A DNA stretch of 64,000 bases, taken from Patescibacteria group bacterium. GTDB lineage: Bacteria; Patescibacteriota; Patescibacteriia; XYB2-FULL-38-15. The notes beneath the pieces are model-generated. The model searched no databases. It worked only from the letters and a program-made list of their open reading frames with translations, and had not been told where the DNA came from. A program made the position numbers and the translations under genes. Every line of letters begins with the position of its first letter. Within the stretch, counting starts at the first letter, position 1. The stretch is from positions 10,164-74,163 of the forward strand of contig JBAZEY010000005.1 in assembly GCA_041653675.1 (NCBI GenBank), in the 5' to 3' direction. Of the stretch, positions 48,320 through 56,532 are shown piece by piece.

Positions 48320-49033
48320 TTAATTTTTTGCCGAGGCGGCGAGATAACTCGCGACAATCGCCGCGGTCTCGGCCCGCAAGGTTAATTTTCCTAAACTTAC
48401 AATCTGAAAATTTTTCTCTTGAACTAATTTAACTTCTTCCTCATCCCAGCCGCCTTCCGGACCAATCCAAATTCCCACTCGCCGACCGACATCAACTGTT
48501 AATTTTCTTTGTTCAAACTTTGGCGCGTGAATTTCAAAAAATAAATTGGAATCATTTTCTTCGGCGTGATGAATTGCTTCACTAAATTTTAAAATCTTTC
48601 CCACGACTGGCAAAATTCCACGGCCAGACTGTTCAGCCGCTTCACGGACAATTTTTTCCAACCGGTCCGTCCGTAAATTTGTTTTTATGGTTTTCGCGGT
48701 TATAACCGGAATAATTTCCGCCACTCCGGCTTCTACTGCTTTTTCTGCCACAAATTCAAAATTTTCTTTTTTTAAAATTGCCGCGTAAAGAATTGGTTTC
48801 ATTTCCGGCTCGGCGACATTTGCTTCCACTTTTAAAATATTTACTCCCACGCTTTGTTTTCCAAAACTCATAATTTCCGCGCGAGCCTCTCTCCCCTTTC
48901 CGTCACCCAAAATTATTTCTTCGCCCGCCCGAAGCCGCAAAACATTTTTTATTTGGTTATAAATTTCTTTATTGGCAATTGATGATATTTTTTTATCAAA
49001 ATCAAAATTACCGATAAATCTGTGCACTTTCAT
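48320..49033 (-). CDS. rsmE: 16S rRNA m3U1498 methyltransferase
   Basis: VLRL, EAAEQSGR, IGPEGG, LRAETA. Confidence 0.93.
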   Translation of the reverse strand: MKVHRFIGNFDFDKKISSIANKEIYNQIKNVLRLRAGEEIILGDGKGREARAEIMSFGKQSVGVNILKVEANVAEPEMKPILYAAILKKENFEFVAEKAVEAGVAEIIPVITAKTIKTNLRTDRLEKIVREAAEQSGRGILPVVGKILKFSEAIHHAEENDSNLFFEIHAPKFEQRKLTVDVGRRVGIWIGPEGGWDEEEVKLVQEKNFQIVSLGKLTLRAETAAIVASYLAASAKN

Positions 49034-49036
49034 AAA

Positions 49037-49510
49037 TTATTTATTGATTAGATTAAAGGCCACGATCCCGAATGCCACGGCGACATTTAGGGATTCCTTT
49101 TTGCCGCGCATGGGAATTTCCAAAATTTTATCAGCCCGACGTAAAATTACCGGCGGCAAACCTTTTATTTCATTACCGGCGATAAGTGCCGTTTTTACCA
49201 AATCTTTTTTAGTTAATTTTATTTTTTGATATGGCACAGAGCGGCGTGATTGTTCAATGGCCAAAATTTTATATCCCTCTTTTTTTATTTTATCAATCAA
49301 CCTTGTCGTTTGACCAACCTTTTCCCACGCGATCCAGTTTTCCGCGCCCAGGGCTACTTTACTAATTTTTTCATTCGCCCGGCCAAAACGATCAACTGGC
49401 GCCGGCGTTATGCCGCATAAATAAATTTTCTCACACCCTGCCGCGTCGGCCGTTCGGAAAATTGAACCGACATTATGCGTACTTCTGACGTTGTGAAGAA
49501 TAACTATCAT
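49037..49510 (-). CDS. SpoU/TrmH-family RNA methyltransferase
   Basis: NVGSIFRTAD, GNE..GL, IPM.G.KESLNV. Confidence 0.9.
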   Translation of the reverse strand: MIVILHNVRSTHNVGSIFRTADAAGCEKIYLCGITPAPVDRFGRANEKISKVALGAENWIAWEKVGQTTRLIDKIKKEGYKILAIEQSRRSVPYQKIKLTKKDLVKTALIAGNEIKGLPPVILRRADKILEIPMRGKKESLNVAVAFGIVAFNLINK

Positions 49511-49977
49511 CTATTCAAGCTCCAAATCACGTAAGTTAAATAAGTAGCGAAAGTCGTCCAGGCGGCGTACGGCATTATAAGTGTTGATGCTAAACGAGAA
49601 ACTGGCCAGATTAAAATAATCAAAACAATGACACTCGCGCCTAAAAATCCGGCTTCCCAGACCGCGGCGCCAAGCCAATGGCGATTAAAAAATAAGTAAC
49701 TCCAAAAAATATTGAACGCGCCGTTCAAAATAAAAAATGTCGCGGTCCAGGAGAAACGTTTATCGCGCGGCGCCTTTTGCCAAAAAATAAGCGCGGAAAT
49801 CGCCGTCAAAATAAAAATAATCGTCCAAACCGTACCGATTACCGAGCCTGGTGGCGTAAAACTAGGAAGGTTGATAGTTTTATACCAATCCATTCCTCCG
49901 CCCGTGAGCCAAGAGCCGAACGCGGCGACTCCAAAAACCGCAAGCGGAATAAAAATGAAACTCATTTTCATTCTCAT
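49507..49977 (-). CDS. TspO/MBR family protein
   Basis: WY..I..P.FTPP, VWT, N..WS.LFF, PY.AW..FA. Confidence 0.9.
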   Translation of the reverse strand: MRMKMSFIFIPLAVFGVAAFGSWLTGGGMDWYKTINLPSFTPPGSVIGTVWTIIFILTAISALIFWQKAPRDKRFSWTATFFILNGAFNIFWSYLFFNRHWLGAAVWEAGFLGASVIVLIILIWPVSRLASTLIMPYAAWTTFATYLTYVIWSLNR

Positions 49978-49987
49978 CTTTTTAAAT

Positions 49988-50992
49988 TTAATAATTTTTT
50001 CCGGCTAACTGTCCGCAAGCGCCTTTTACTCCTCGACCGAAGCGATATCTCTCGGTTGTGGAAATTCCCGCGCGGCGCAAAGTTTCTTTAAATTTAATAA
50101 CGTCTTCTTTTTTTGACGGCAGAAAATCACCCGTCGGATTATATAAAATTAAATTAACAAAAATTAAATGGCGCGGAAGCTGGCTCAAGAGCGCAATCAG
50201 TTCTCTCGCGTACTCCGGCTTATCATTAAAATTTTTAATCATCAAATATTCAAACATCACCTTGCGGCTTGTCGCCTCAAGATATTCTCCAACCGCCGCC
50301 ATAATTTTTTTAATACTATATTTTTTTCCAACCGGCATAATTTCATTTCTCAATTTGTCGTTTGGCGCGTGAAGAGAAATTGCCAAATTAATCTGCATTG
50401 ACTCTTTGGTAAGTTTTCTTATTCCTTCCACTACTCCGGCCGTGGAAATAGAGATGTGCCGAGCGCCAATTCCAAAACCGCTCGGATCATTCAAAATTTT
50501 TATCGCAGACAAGACATTTTCATAATTCAAAAACGGTTCACCCATTCCCATAAAAACAACGCTATCTACTTTTTGTTTTTCCCTTTTCAAAAATCTCGCC
50601 GAGCATATTATTTGCTCAATAATTTCTCCCGGCAAAAGATTCCTTTTAAACCCCATCTTCCCCGTGGCGCAAAAAGCGCAAGCCAAGGGACAACCGACTT
50701 CTGATGAAACGCAAACTGTATTCCGTTCTTCATGGCGCATTAGGACAGATTCAATTTTAAAACCATCAGCGAGTGTAATCAAAAATTTTATCGTCGCGCC
50801 GTCGTTAGAAATAAATTTTTTAAAATCAATCTGGAGCGAACATTCTTTATTTAATTTTTCGCGCAACGCTGCCGGCAAATTCGTCGCCTCATTCCAATTT
50901 TCAATCAACTTAGAAAAAACCGCCTCCCGCGCCTGTTTTAAGCGATAAGCCGGTTCATCCGCAAAAATTTTTTCTAGTTTTTCTAAATTCAT
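49988..50992 (-). CDS. rlmN: Radical SAM RNA methyltransferase
   Basis: CPLACAFC, FMGMGEP, ISLHA, GACGQL. Confidence 0.93.
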   Translation of the reverse strand: MNLEKLEKIFADEPAYRLKQAREAVFSKLIENWNEATNLPAALREKLNKECSLQIDFKKFISNDGATIKFLITLADGFKIESVLMRHEERNTVCVSSEVGCPLACAFCATGKMGFKRNLLPGEIIEQIICSARFLKREKQKVDSVVFMGMGEPFLNYENVLSAIKILNDPSGFGIGARHISISTAGVVEGIRKLTKESMQINLAISLHAPNDKLRNEIMPVGKKYSIKKIMAAVGEYLEATSRKVMFEYLMIKNFNDKPEYARELIALLSQLPRHLIFVNLILYNPTGDFLPSKKEDVIKFKETLRRAGISTTERYRFGRGVKGACGQLAGKNY

Positions 50993-51630
50993 ATTTTAAT
51001 AGCGTTACTCTTTTTAAACTTCCCAACTCTTGTCCTCTCAAGTTCCGTCAAATATCCTCCGACTTTTAATTTTTTCCCTAAATCGCGAGCGAGCGAGCGA
51101 ACATAAAATCCCGGACCGCACACAATTTTTATTTTTAAATCCGGCCAACGATATTTTAAAATTTTTATTTTTTTCACTTCGACCGGACGCTTTGTTAATT
51201 TTGGCGTTTCTCCGCGCCTCGCCATTTTATAAGCTCGCACGCCGTGAATTTTAATCGCGCTGAAATTCGGCGGCAATTGCATAATTTTTCCGCTAAATTT
51301 GACTAATGCTTTTTCAACATTTTGACGCGACGGTTTTTTTGTAAATTTCACGACTGATTTTTCTCCGCCTTCGTCATCGGTTGTACTTTCCGCTCCAAAT
51401 CGCACCGTAGCTAAATATTCTTTTTCCGTTTCCACAATTTCACGCAATTTTCTTGTCGCGTCACGACCAATTCCGACCACCAGAACTCCGCTAGCCAATG
51501 GATCGAGTGTTCCGGCGTGGCCGATTTTTTTAACACCCGTAAGTTGCCGCAATTTATGGATTATATCAAAAGATGTCGGGCCTTTTGGCTTCCAGACCGC
51601 GACGATCCCATTTTTTATTTTATTTTCCAT
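50989..51630 (-). CDS. truB: tRNA pseudouridine 55 synthase, no PUA domain
   Basis: GHAGTLDPLASG, PP.FSA.K, G.YVRSLARD. Confidence 0.94.
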   Translation of the reverse strand: MENKIKNGIVAVWKPKGPTSFDIIHKLRQLTGVKKIGHAGTLDPLASGVLVVGIGRDATRKLREIVETEKEYLATVRFGAESTTDDEGGEKSVVKFTKKPSRQNVEKALVKFSGKIMQLPPNFSAIKIHGVRAYKMARRGETPKLTKRPVEVKKIKILKYRWPDLKIKIVCGPGFYVRSLARDLGKKLKVGGYLTELERTRVGKFKKSNAIKI

Positions 51631-51632
51631 TT

Positions 51633-52214
51633 TTATGGTTGCAAAATATCTTCAGTTCGCCCATTGATAGAAATTATCACGTCCGTCACGGTCGGAAATT
51701 GTTTTAGTGTTTCCCTAATTTGCGAAGCAATCGCCGCCACCCGGCAAGAACCTCCAACTTGGAATTCCAACTGTTCGTCAAAATCAACATTAGCTATTCC
51801 GCCGGCGACAACTAAACTTTGAACCTTTACTCCCGGATTAATGCTCGTAAAATATCCTTCTGTTTTTTCGGCGTCAGTCGGCCCGGCGAGCAATTGTTCT
51901 AGTGCTGCCCGTCCCACTGCTTCAGTTTTCGGAATTATTCTTTCCACTGCAAAATTTTTCTGGCAATCTAAAACTTCCGGATCAAAAATACTATTGCCGA
52001 AAAAGACTTTAACGGTCATCGTTTCTTCTGTGTTTGTATTTATATTCGCCCCACCACATGGCTCGGTTGGTTTTGCCGCGCTCGGATTTCCGTGTTTTAC
52101 CCATTCGCCATCATCACAAATCCAATCGTCTTCGCCGCTCAAAAAACGCACACCTAAAACCACCGCACCAATCGCCATGACTACTACCAAAATAGTTAAA
52201 ATTGTTTTGTTCAT
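51633..52214 (-). CDS. Membrane-anchored GerMN-domain protein
   Basis: WIC..G.WVKHG.P, AL..LL.GP, GGSC....QI..TL.QF. Confidence 0.8.
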   Translation of the reverse strand: MNKTILTILVVVMAIGAVVLGVRFLSGEDDWICDDGEWVKHGNPSAAKPTEPCGGANINTNTEETMTVKVFFGNSIFDPEVLDCQKNFAVERIIPKTEAVGRAALEQLLAGPTDAEKTEGYFTSINPGVKVQSLVVAGGIANVDFDEQLEFQVGGSCRVAAIASQIRETLKQFPTVTDVIISINGRTEDILQP

Positions 52215-52225
52215 AATTTTTAAAG

Positions 52226-52918
52226 TTAAATATTTTTCATTTTATAAATTACGTCTTTTCTTTCCACCACAATTTCCCATCCAGCCTGCCGCGCATGATC
52301 GTATAATTTTTTATTCGGATTAAAACAAATCGGCCGGTCCACCATTTTTAAAAATCTAATATCGCTTTCCGTATCGCCAACCCCGACTGAACCGCGAAGC
52401 GTCAAATTTTCTTTTTCTACCGCCCGTGATAAAACTTTTGCCTTATCGGAAATCAAATCAAGATAAAGCATTTCGCCGGTAAATTTTCCGCGCTTATCCA
52501 CGTTATAAATCCGGCCGTAAACTTTGCTGAAACCAAGTTTCTTAGCAAACGCTTCCACAATTTCCCGCGGCGAGTGCGATATCGCGAGTAAATAATAATT
52601 CTTCTTTTTTAAATCGCGGACCAAATCACGGGTAAAACGATAAACGCGGTTATGATGGAAAGCGATAACTTTTTTTGCGACTTTTAAAAATTTATCGCGA
52701 CTAACGCCTTTAATATTTTTATTGTAAGCCAAAACTACTCCGTTAATATATTTATCATAAATATCTTTTCTATCCAGCCAATTTTTATAATCCCGCGCGT
52801 AAATTTTTCGTAAATGCTGGGGAAATAAACCTTCAGCAATCATTGCTTCAACTAATTCAATTAATAAACTTGATCTAAAAATTGTCCCATCAATATCAAA
52901 TATCGCGACTTTTTTCAT
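52226..52918 (-). CDS. HAD-IB (SerB-like) hydrolase
   Basis: FDIDGT, GDTESD, NP. Confidence 0.88.
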   Translation of the reverse strand: MKKVAIFDIDGTIFRSSLLIELVEAMIAEGLFPQHLRKIYARDYKNWLDRKDIYDKYINGVVLAYNKNIKGVSRDKFLKVAKKVIAFHHNRVYRFTRDLVRDLKKKNYYLLAISHSPREIVEAFAKKLGFSKVYGRIYNVDKRGKFTGEMLYLDLISDKAKVLSRAVEKENLTLRGSVGVGDTESDIRFLKMVDRPICFNPNKKLYDHARQAGWEIVVERKDVIYKMKNI

Positions 52919-52930
52919 ATATTTTAAATT

Positions 52931-53686
52931 TTATTTTTCCACGCCCCGCGCCGCCCGCCGATAATTGCAATAATCACAATCGGCCGCTGGCTCAGGAATT
53001 TTTTCGCCGGACAAACATTTATGGGCATCGCTGATTGCTTGCTCAATCCATGAGTCATCTCCGGTATAAGAAATCAACCTGACATCAAACTCCAATTTAC
53101 CGTCAAAAGCTTCTTTGTCAGTGTCGCCGTTGCAATAAACAAAATATCCCGTGTCGGAAACTTGAAATCCATTTTTGCGAAACAACCATTGATAAATTTC
53201 CATTTGACGCTTATATCCAATCTGCCAGTCGGCATCAAGACTGACTTCTCCGTTTTTGGACGTTGCCTTATAATCCACAATAATTAATTCCCCGCTTGGA
53301 TTTACCCAAACATCATCAACTCCGCCGGTAATCAGCAGATTTGTTTTTTTATGCAAAAATTGAATCCCGCGGCGAAGTGAGTCGCGCCATTCTTCCATTT
53401 TCTCGTGTTCGAACGGGACAGCGTCAATGCCATATTTTTCCATCAATGGATGCGCGGTTTTTGCCGTGCGGTGAATATCAAATTCTTTTTTCAAAAGAGT
53501 ATCCACGGCCGAGTTTAAACTAAAAGGAAATCCCGGAGGACGCCCGATTCCCAACCGGCGATCCAGATAAAAACATCTCTCGCAATTCAAAAATAAATCA
53601 ATTTTCGATCGGCTGACCCTGAACGGTTCGCTTGATTTTGGATCAAAGATGTTTCGTGTTCGTATTGCTTTGTAATATTCTGACAT
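52931..53686 (-). CDS. PD-(D/E)XK nuclease family protein (RecB/Cas4-like)
   Basis: C.RCFY, G.VDD, IVDYK, Q.EIY, CDYC. Confidence 0.85.
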   Translation of the reverse strand: MSEYYKAIRTRNIFDPKSSEPFRVSRSKIDLFLNCERCFYLDRRLGIGRPPGFPFSLNSAVDTLLKKEFDIHRTAKTAHPLMEKYGIDAVPFEHEKMEEWRDSLRRGIQFLHKKTNLLITGGVDDVWVNPSGELIIVDYKATSKNGEVSLDADWQIGYKRQMEIYQWLFRKNGFQVSDTGYFVYCNGDTDKEAFDGKLEFDVRLISYTGDDSWIEQAISDAHKCLSGEKIPEPAADCDYCNYRRAARGVEK

Positions 53687-53785
53687 ATAAAAAATAATTC
53701 AAACTTGAATTAGTATTTGCTCCTTAAATTTAACATAAAAACAATAAATAAGAAAGACTCAATAAATTAAAAAGCAGCTTCACTT

Positions 53786-53805
53786 CTCGGGGACTTGGAT
53801 TTGAA
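53786..53805 (-). repeat. Direct repeat of the tRNA-Gln 3' end (att-like)
   Basis: 19/20 match to 53913-53932. Confidence 0.75.
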
Positions 53806-53909
53806 GACTCCTCGGCGCAAAATTGGCAAGAACGGCCTTACAGGGCGTTGGTTCTTTCCTAATTCCCAAACAGAACAAAAAACTCAACGCAAAGTTGAAT
53901 TTTTTGTTT

Positions 53910-53983
53910 TGGCTCGGGGACTTGGATTCGAACCAAGATTACCAGGGCCAGAACCTGGCGTCCTGCCATTAGACGATCCCCGA
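53910..53983 (-). tRNA. tRNA-Gln (anticodon CTG)
   Basis: 7-bp acceptor TCGGGGA/TCCCCGA, CCAGG-ttCTGgc-CCTGG, GTTCGAATC, encoded CCA. Confidence 0.96.
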
Positions 53984-53994
53984 ATAATTATTTT

Positions 53995-55578
53995 TTAACT
54001 TACCACCGTGCCCCCAAATTCTTCCAAAACTTTCCCCACTTCAAGCGGCGGCGGGCCCGGCGGCTCCGGCAAGTCAGCCACAATCCCGCTCACCCTAACA
54101 TCGCCTCCCATTATCTCTTTAATCAAATTTCTTAAAACCAAATTATTTTTGCTTTCATTAATTCTCTCTTTGTGAAAACGATATTTAAATCCAATCTGCA
54201 ATGTTCCATTTTCAACCGCCACCGGCTGACCAACTCGAAGAACGAAAACTAATGCCGGGCTTCGGTCTGCCACAACCCGCAAAAGATCAAACCATTTTTC
54301 TTTTATCTGCTCTAAAGTTAAAGTCGTGGTAATCGGCGCGGCGTCCGTTAAAGCTTCGTCATTTTTTTTTACGATTTCTTTTCCGGGCAGAGGTTTAATT
54401 TTTGGCCTTTCTTCGGTCGCTCTTGGCGTGGGCGGAATTTTAGATGTTGAAATTGTCGCCGGCGAGCTAACCGCGGAAAATCCTCCAACAATTTCCACGA
54501 CTGCCATTTCAAGCGGCAGCTGGGCAATATCGGAAAATCTTAATTCTTGTTTTTTCTCTATAAAAAGTTCAAGCCAATCAATCAATTTTCGCGGTTCAAT
54601 GTCTTTCGCGAACTGAATAATTTTTTTCTCGGAATCTTCATCTAGGTCAAAAGAAAATTCCGCCAAACTTCCGCTTACGCTGGCAAGTAAAATTTTTCTT
54701 AAAAATTCCACGAGATCCGCGGTAAATTGCGACAAATCAATCCCCTCTTCAACTAGCTTATTCACGAGCCGCAAAGCTTTTTCCGCGTCGCGCATGGCGA
54801 GATGCCCGACGAAATCTCCGACCAAATTAAAATCTGATTTTGGAATAACAAGTTCCGCCTGTTCGCGGCTGATTTTATTTTTCGCATCACGGAGCGCGAG
54901 TACTTGGCCGAGCAGACTTTCCGAATCGCGAACGCAGCCTTCCGAAGCGCGGGCAATACTTTCCAAAATACTTTCATCAACTTCAACCCGCTCCAAACCC
55001 AGAACATACTTCAATCTTTCCACGATTTCCCGGCGGGAAATTTTTTTAAAATCAAATCGCTGGCAGCGGGAAATTATAGTAGCCGGAACTTTGTGAATCT
55101 CGGTCGTGGCCATGATAAAAATTACTCTCGGCGGCGGTTCTTCAATAGTTTTCAAAAGCGCGTTAAAAGCCGACGTAGAAAGCATGTGCACTTCATCAAT
55201 GATGAAAACTTTGTATTTCCGGCGGCTCGGAGAAAACTTGGCGTTCGTCACGATATTTTCGCGGACATTATCAACTCCAGTGTGGCTCGCGGCGTCAATT
55301 TCCACAATATCCAAATCTCGACCAGAGGTAATTTCCTCGCACGAACTGCATTTATTGCACGGCTCTGATTCGCCTTCTTTTCTCTTTTCGCAATTTATGG
55401 CTTTAGCCAAAAGCCGGGCGGCAGTAGTTTTTCCAATCCCGCGCGGTCCGCAAAATAGATATGCATGAGCGACCTTGTCGGTTTCAATTTCATTTTGGAT
55501 GGCAATCTTAATATGATTCTGACCGGTCATCTCGCCCCATTTCTGCGGCCGATATTTTCTATATAATGTTGTAGACAT
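53995..55578 (-). CDS. dnaX: DNA polymerase III gamma/tau
   Basis: YRKYRP, GPRGIGKT, EIDAAS, IIDEVHML, SRCQRF. Confidence 0.96.
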   Translation of the reverse strand: MSTTLYRKYRPQKWGEMTGQNHIKIAIQNEIETDKVAHAYLFCGPRGIGKTTAARLLAKAINCEKRKEGESEPCNKCSSCEEITSGRDLDIVEIDAASHTGVDNVRENIVTNAKFSPSRRKYKVFIIDEVHMLSTSAFNALLKTIEEPPPRVIFIMATTEIHKVPATIISRCQRFDFKKISRREIVERLKYVLGLERVEVDESILESIARASEGCVRDSESLLGQVLALRDAKNKISREQAELVIPKSDFNLVGDFVGHLAMRDAEKALRLVNKLVEEGIDLSQFTADLVEFLRKILLASVSGSLAEFSFDLDEDSEKKIIQFAKDIEPRKLIDWLELFIEKKQELRFSDIAQLPLEMAVVEIVGGFSAVSSPATISTSKIPPTPRATEERPKIKPLPGKEIVKKNDEALTDAAPITTTLTLEQIKEKWFDLLRVVADRSPALVFVLRVGQPVAVENGTLQIGFKYRFHKERINESKNNLVLRNLIKEIMGGDVRVSGIVADLPEPPGPPPLEVGKVLEEFGGTVVS

Positions 55579-55706
55579 AAAAAAATATTATTACTTGCCA
55601 TATCTTATACCATTTTCCTGATTTTGGCAAATAGTACTTTTTCTTATTATTTCAAAAGGCTGCTCATTTAGAACAGCCCTAGAATTAATTTATTTTTTAA
55701 AAAATT

Positions 55707-56501
55707 CTATACCTCGTTTCTCTTAATCACATTCTCCACCGCTGCCCATTTTGACGGCGTATTTTTAGGAATCAAAATTACTGCCTCATCACCCATTTCA
55801 CCTTTAAAGTATGTCACCGGCGCCGCGAGGACTCTCCATTTTTTCCCGCCGGAAGCAACTGTCCAGCCGCCAGATTCTGCTTCTTCAAGCATTCCGACTA
55901 CCCGATTTCGTTCCATTGGTCCGATTTGTTTAAAAAGAAAATTGCCGCGGGCATTAATCGTAAGTTTTAAAATATCTCCTTCGACCAATTTTGATTTTGA
56001 AGCGTAGTTCGACGGCACAAGATATTCTTTGCCATCGGCGCCAATCATATTCTGGCCGTTAAAAACCCCTTCCATAATTCTCTCGCCCGATTCGCCATAG
56101 GCCACATCCGGCTGGGAAACGGTTTTTAATCCTGAAAACATCGGGGCAATTGAAGGCGCGGTGGCGATAATATCGGAATCAAGAAAACTTTGTTTAATTT
56201 TTTCTTCAAACTTTGGCGCGTCCTCACCCAAAAGACAATTTATCCGCCGCAAATTATCCTGCGTTTCTTTAACTATTTTTTTAATCAATTCTATTTTTTC
56301 AAAATTGAAAGAAATTTCCAAATCTTTGAGTTCAGTCTTCGCCGGCGCGTCATAAATTTTCGGCGTCACCTCAAACGGCACGGCTTCAGCGGGCATAGCC
56401 ATTGGTTCCGCCGACTCCATCATTTCTTGTCTTGAATCTGTCTGATTTTCTACCGGTCCATCAATATTTTGAAAAAGATCGTTTTGATTTTGTCCCAACA
56501 T
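55707..56501 (-). CDS. Hypothetical protein
   Basis: Acidic N-terminus; globular C-terminus EGVFNG..M..Y.VP.NYASKSKLVEGD. Confidence 0.75.
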   Translation of the reverse strand: MLGQNQNDLFQNIDGPVENQTDSRQEMMESAEPMAMPAEAVPFEVTPKIYDAPAKTELKDLEISFNFEKIELIKKIVKETQDNLRRINCLLGEDAPKFEEKIKQSFLDSDIIATAPSIAPMFSGLKTVSQPDVAYGESGERIMEGVFNGQNMIGADGKEYLVPSNYASKSKLVEGDILKLTINARGNFLFKQIGPMERNRVVGMLEEAESGGWTVASGGKKWRVLAAPVTYFKGEMGDEAVILIPKNTPSKWAAVENVIKRNEV

Positions 56502-56532
56502 AACTTTTTTATTTTAATTATTTGTTATCTTT

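Noticed and set aside
47528-52214. Sporulation inferred from Gmad2 and GerMN domains
   Set aside because: These domains occur widely in non-sporulating bacteria, and no spo genes are present.
52931-53686. Cas4 of a CRISPR system
   Set aside because: No cas1/cas2 or array nearby; stand-alone PD-(D/E)XK proteins are common.
53786-53870. Second or degenerate tRNA with a CTGTAA loop
   Set aside because: No acceptor stem or D-arm could be built; treated as an att-like repeat.
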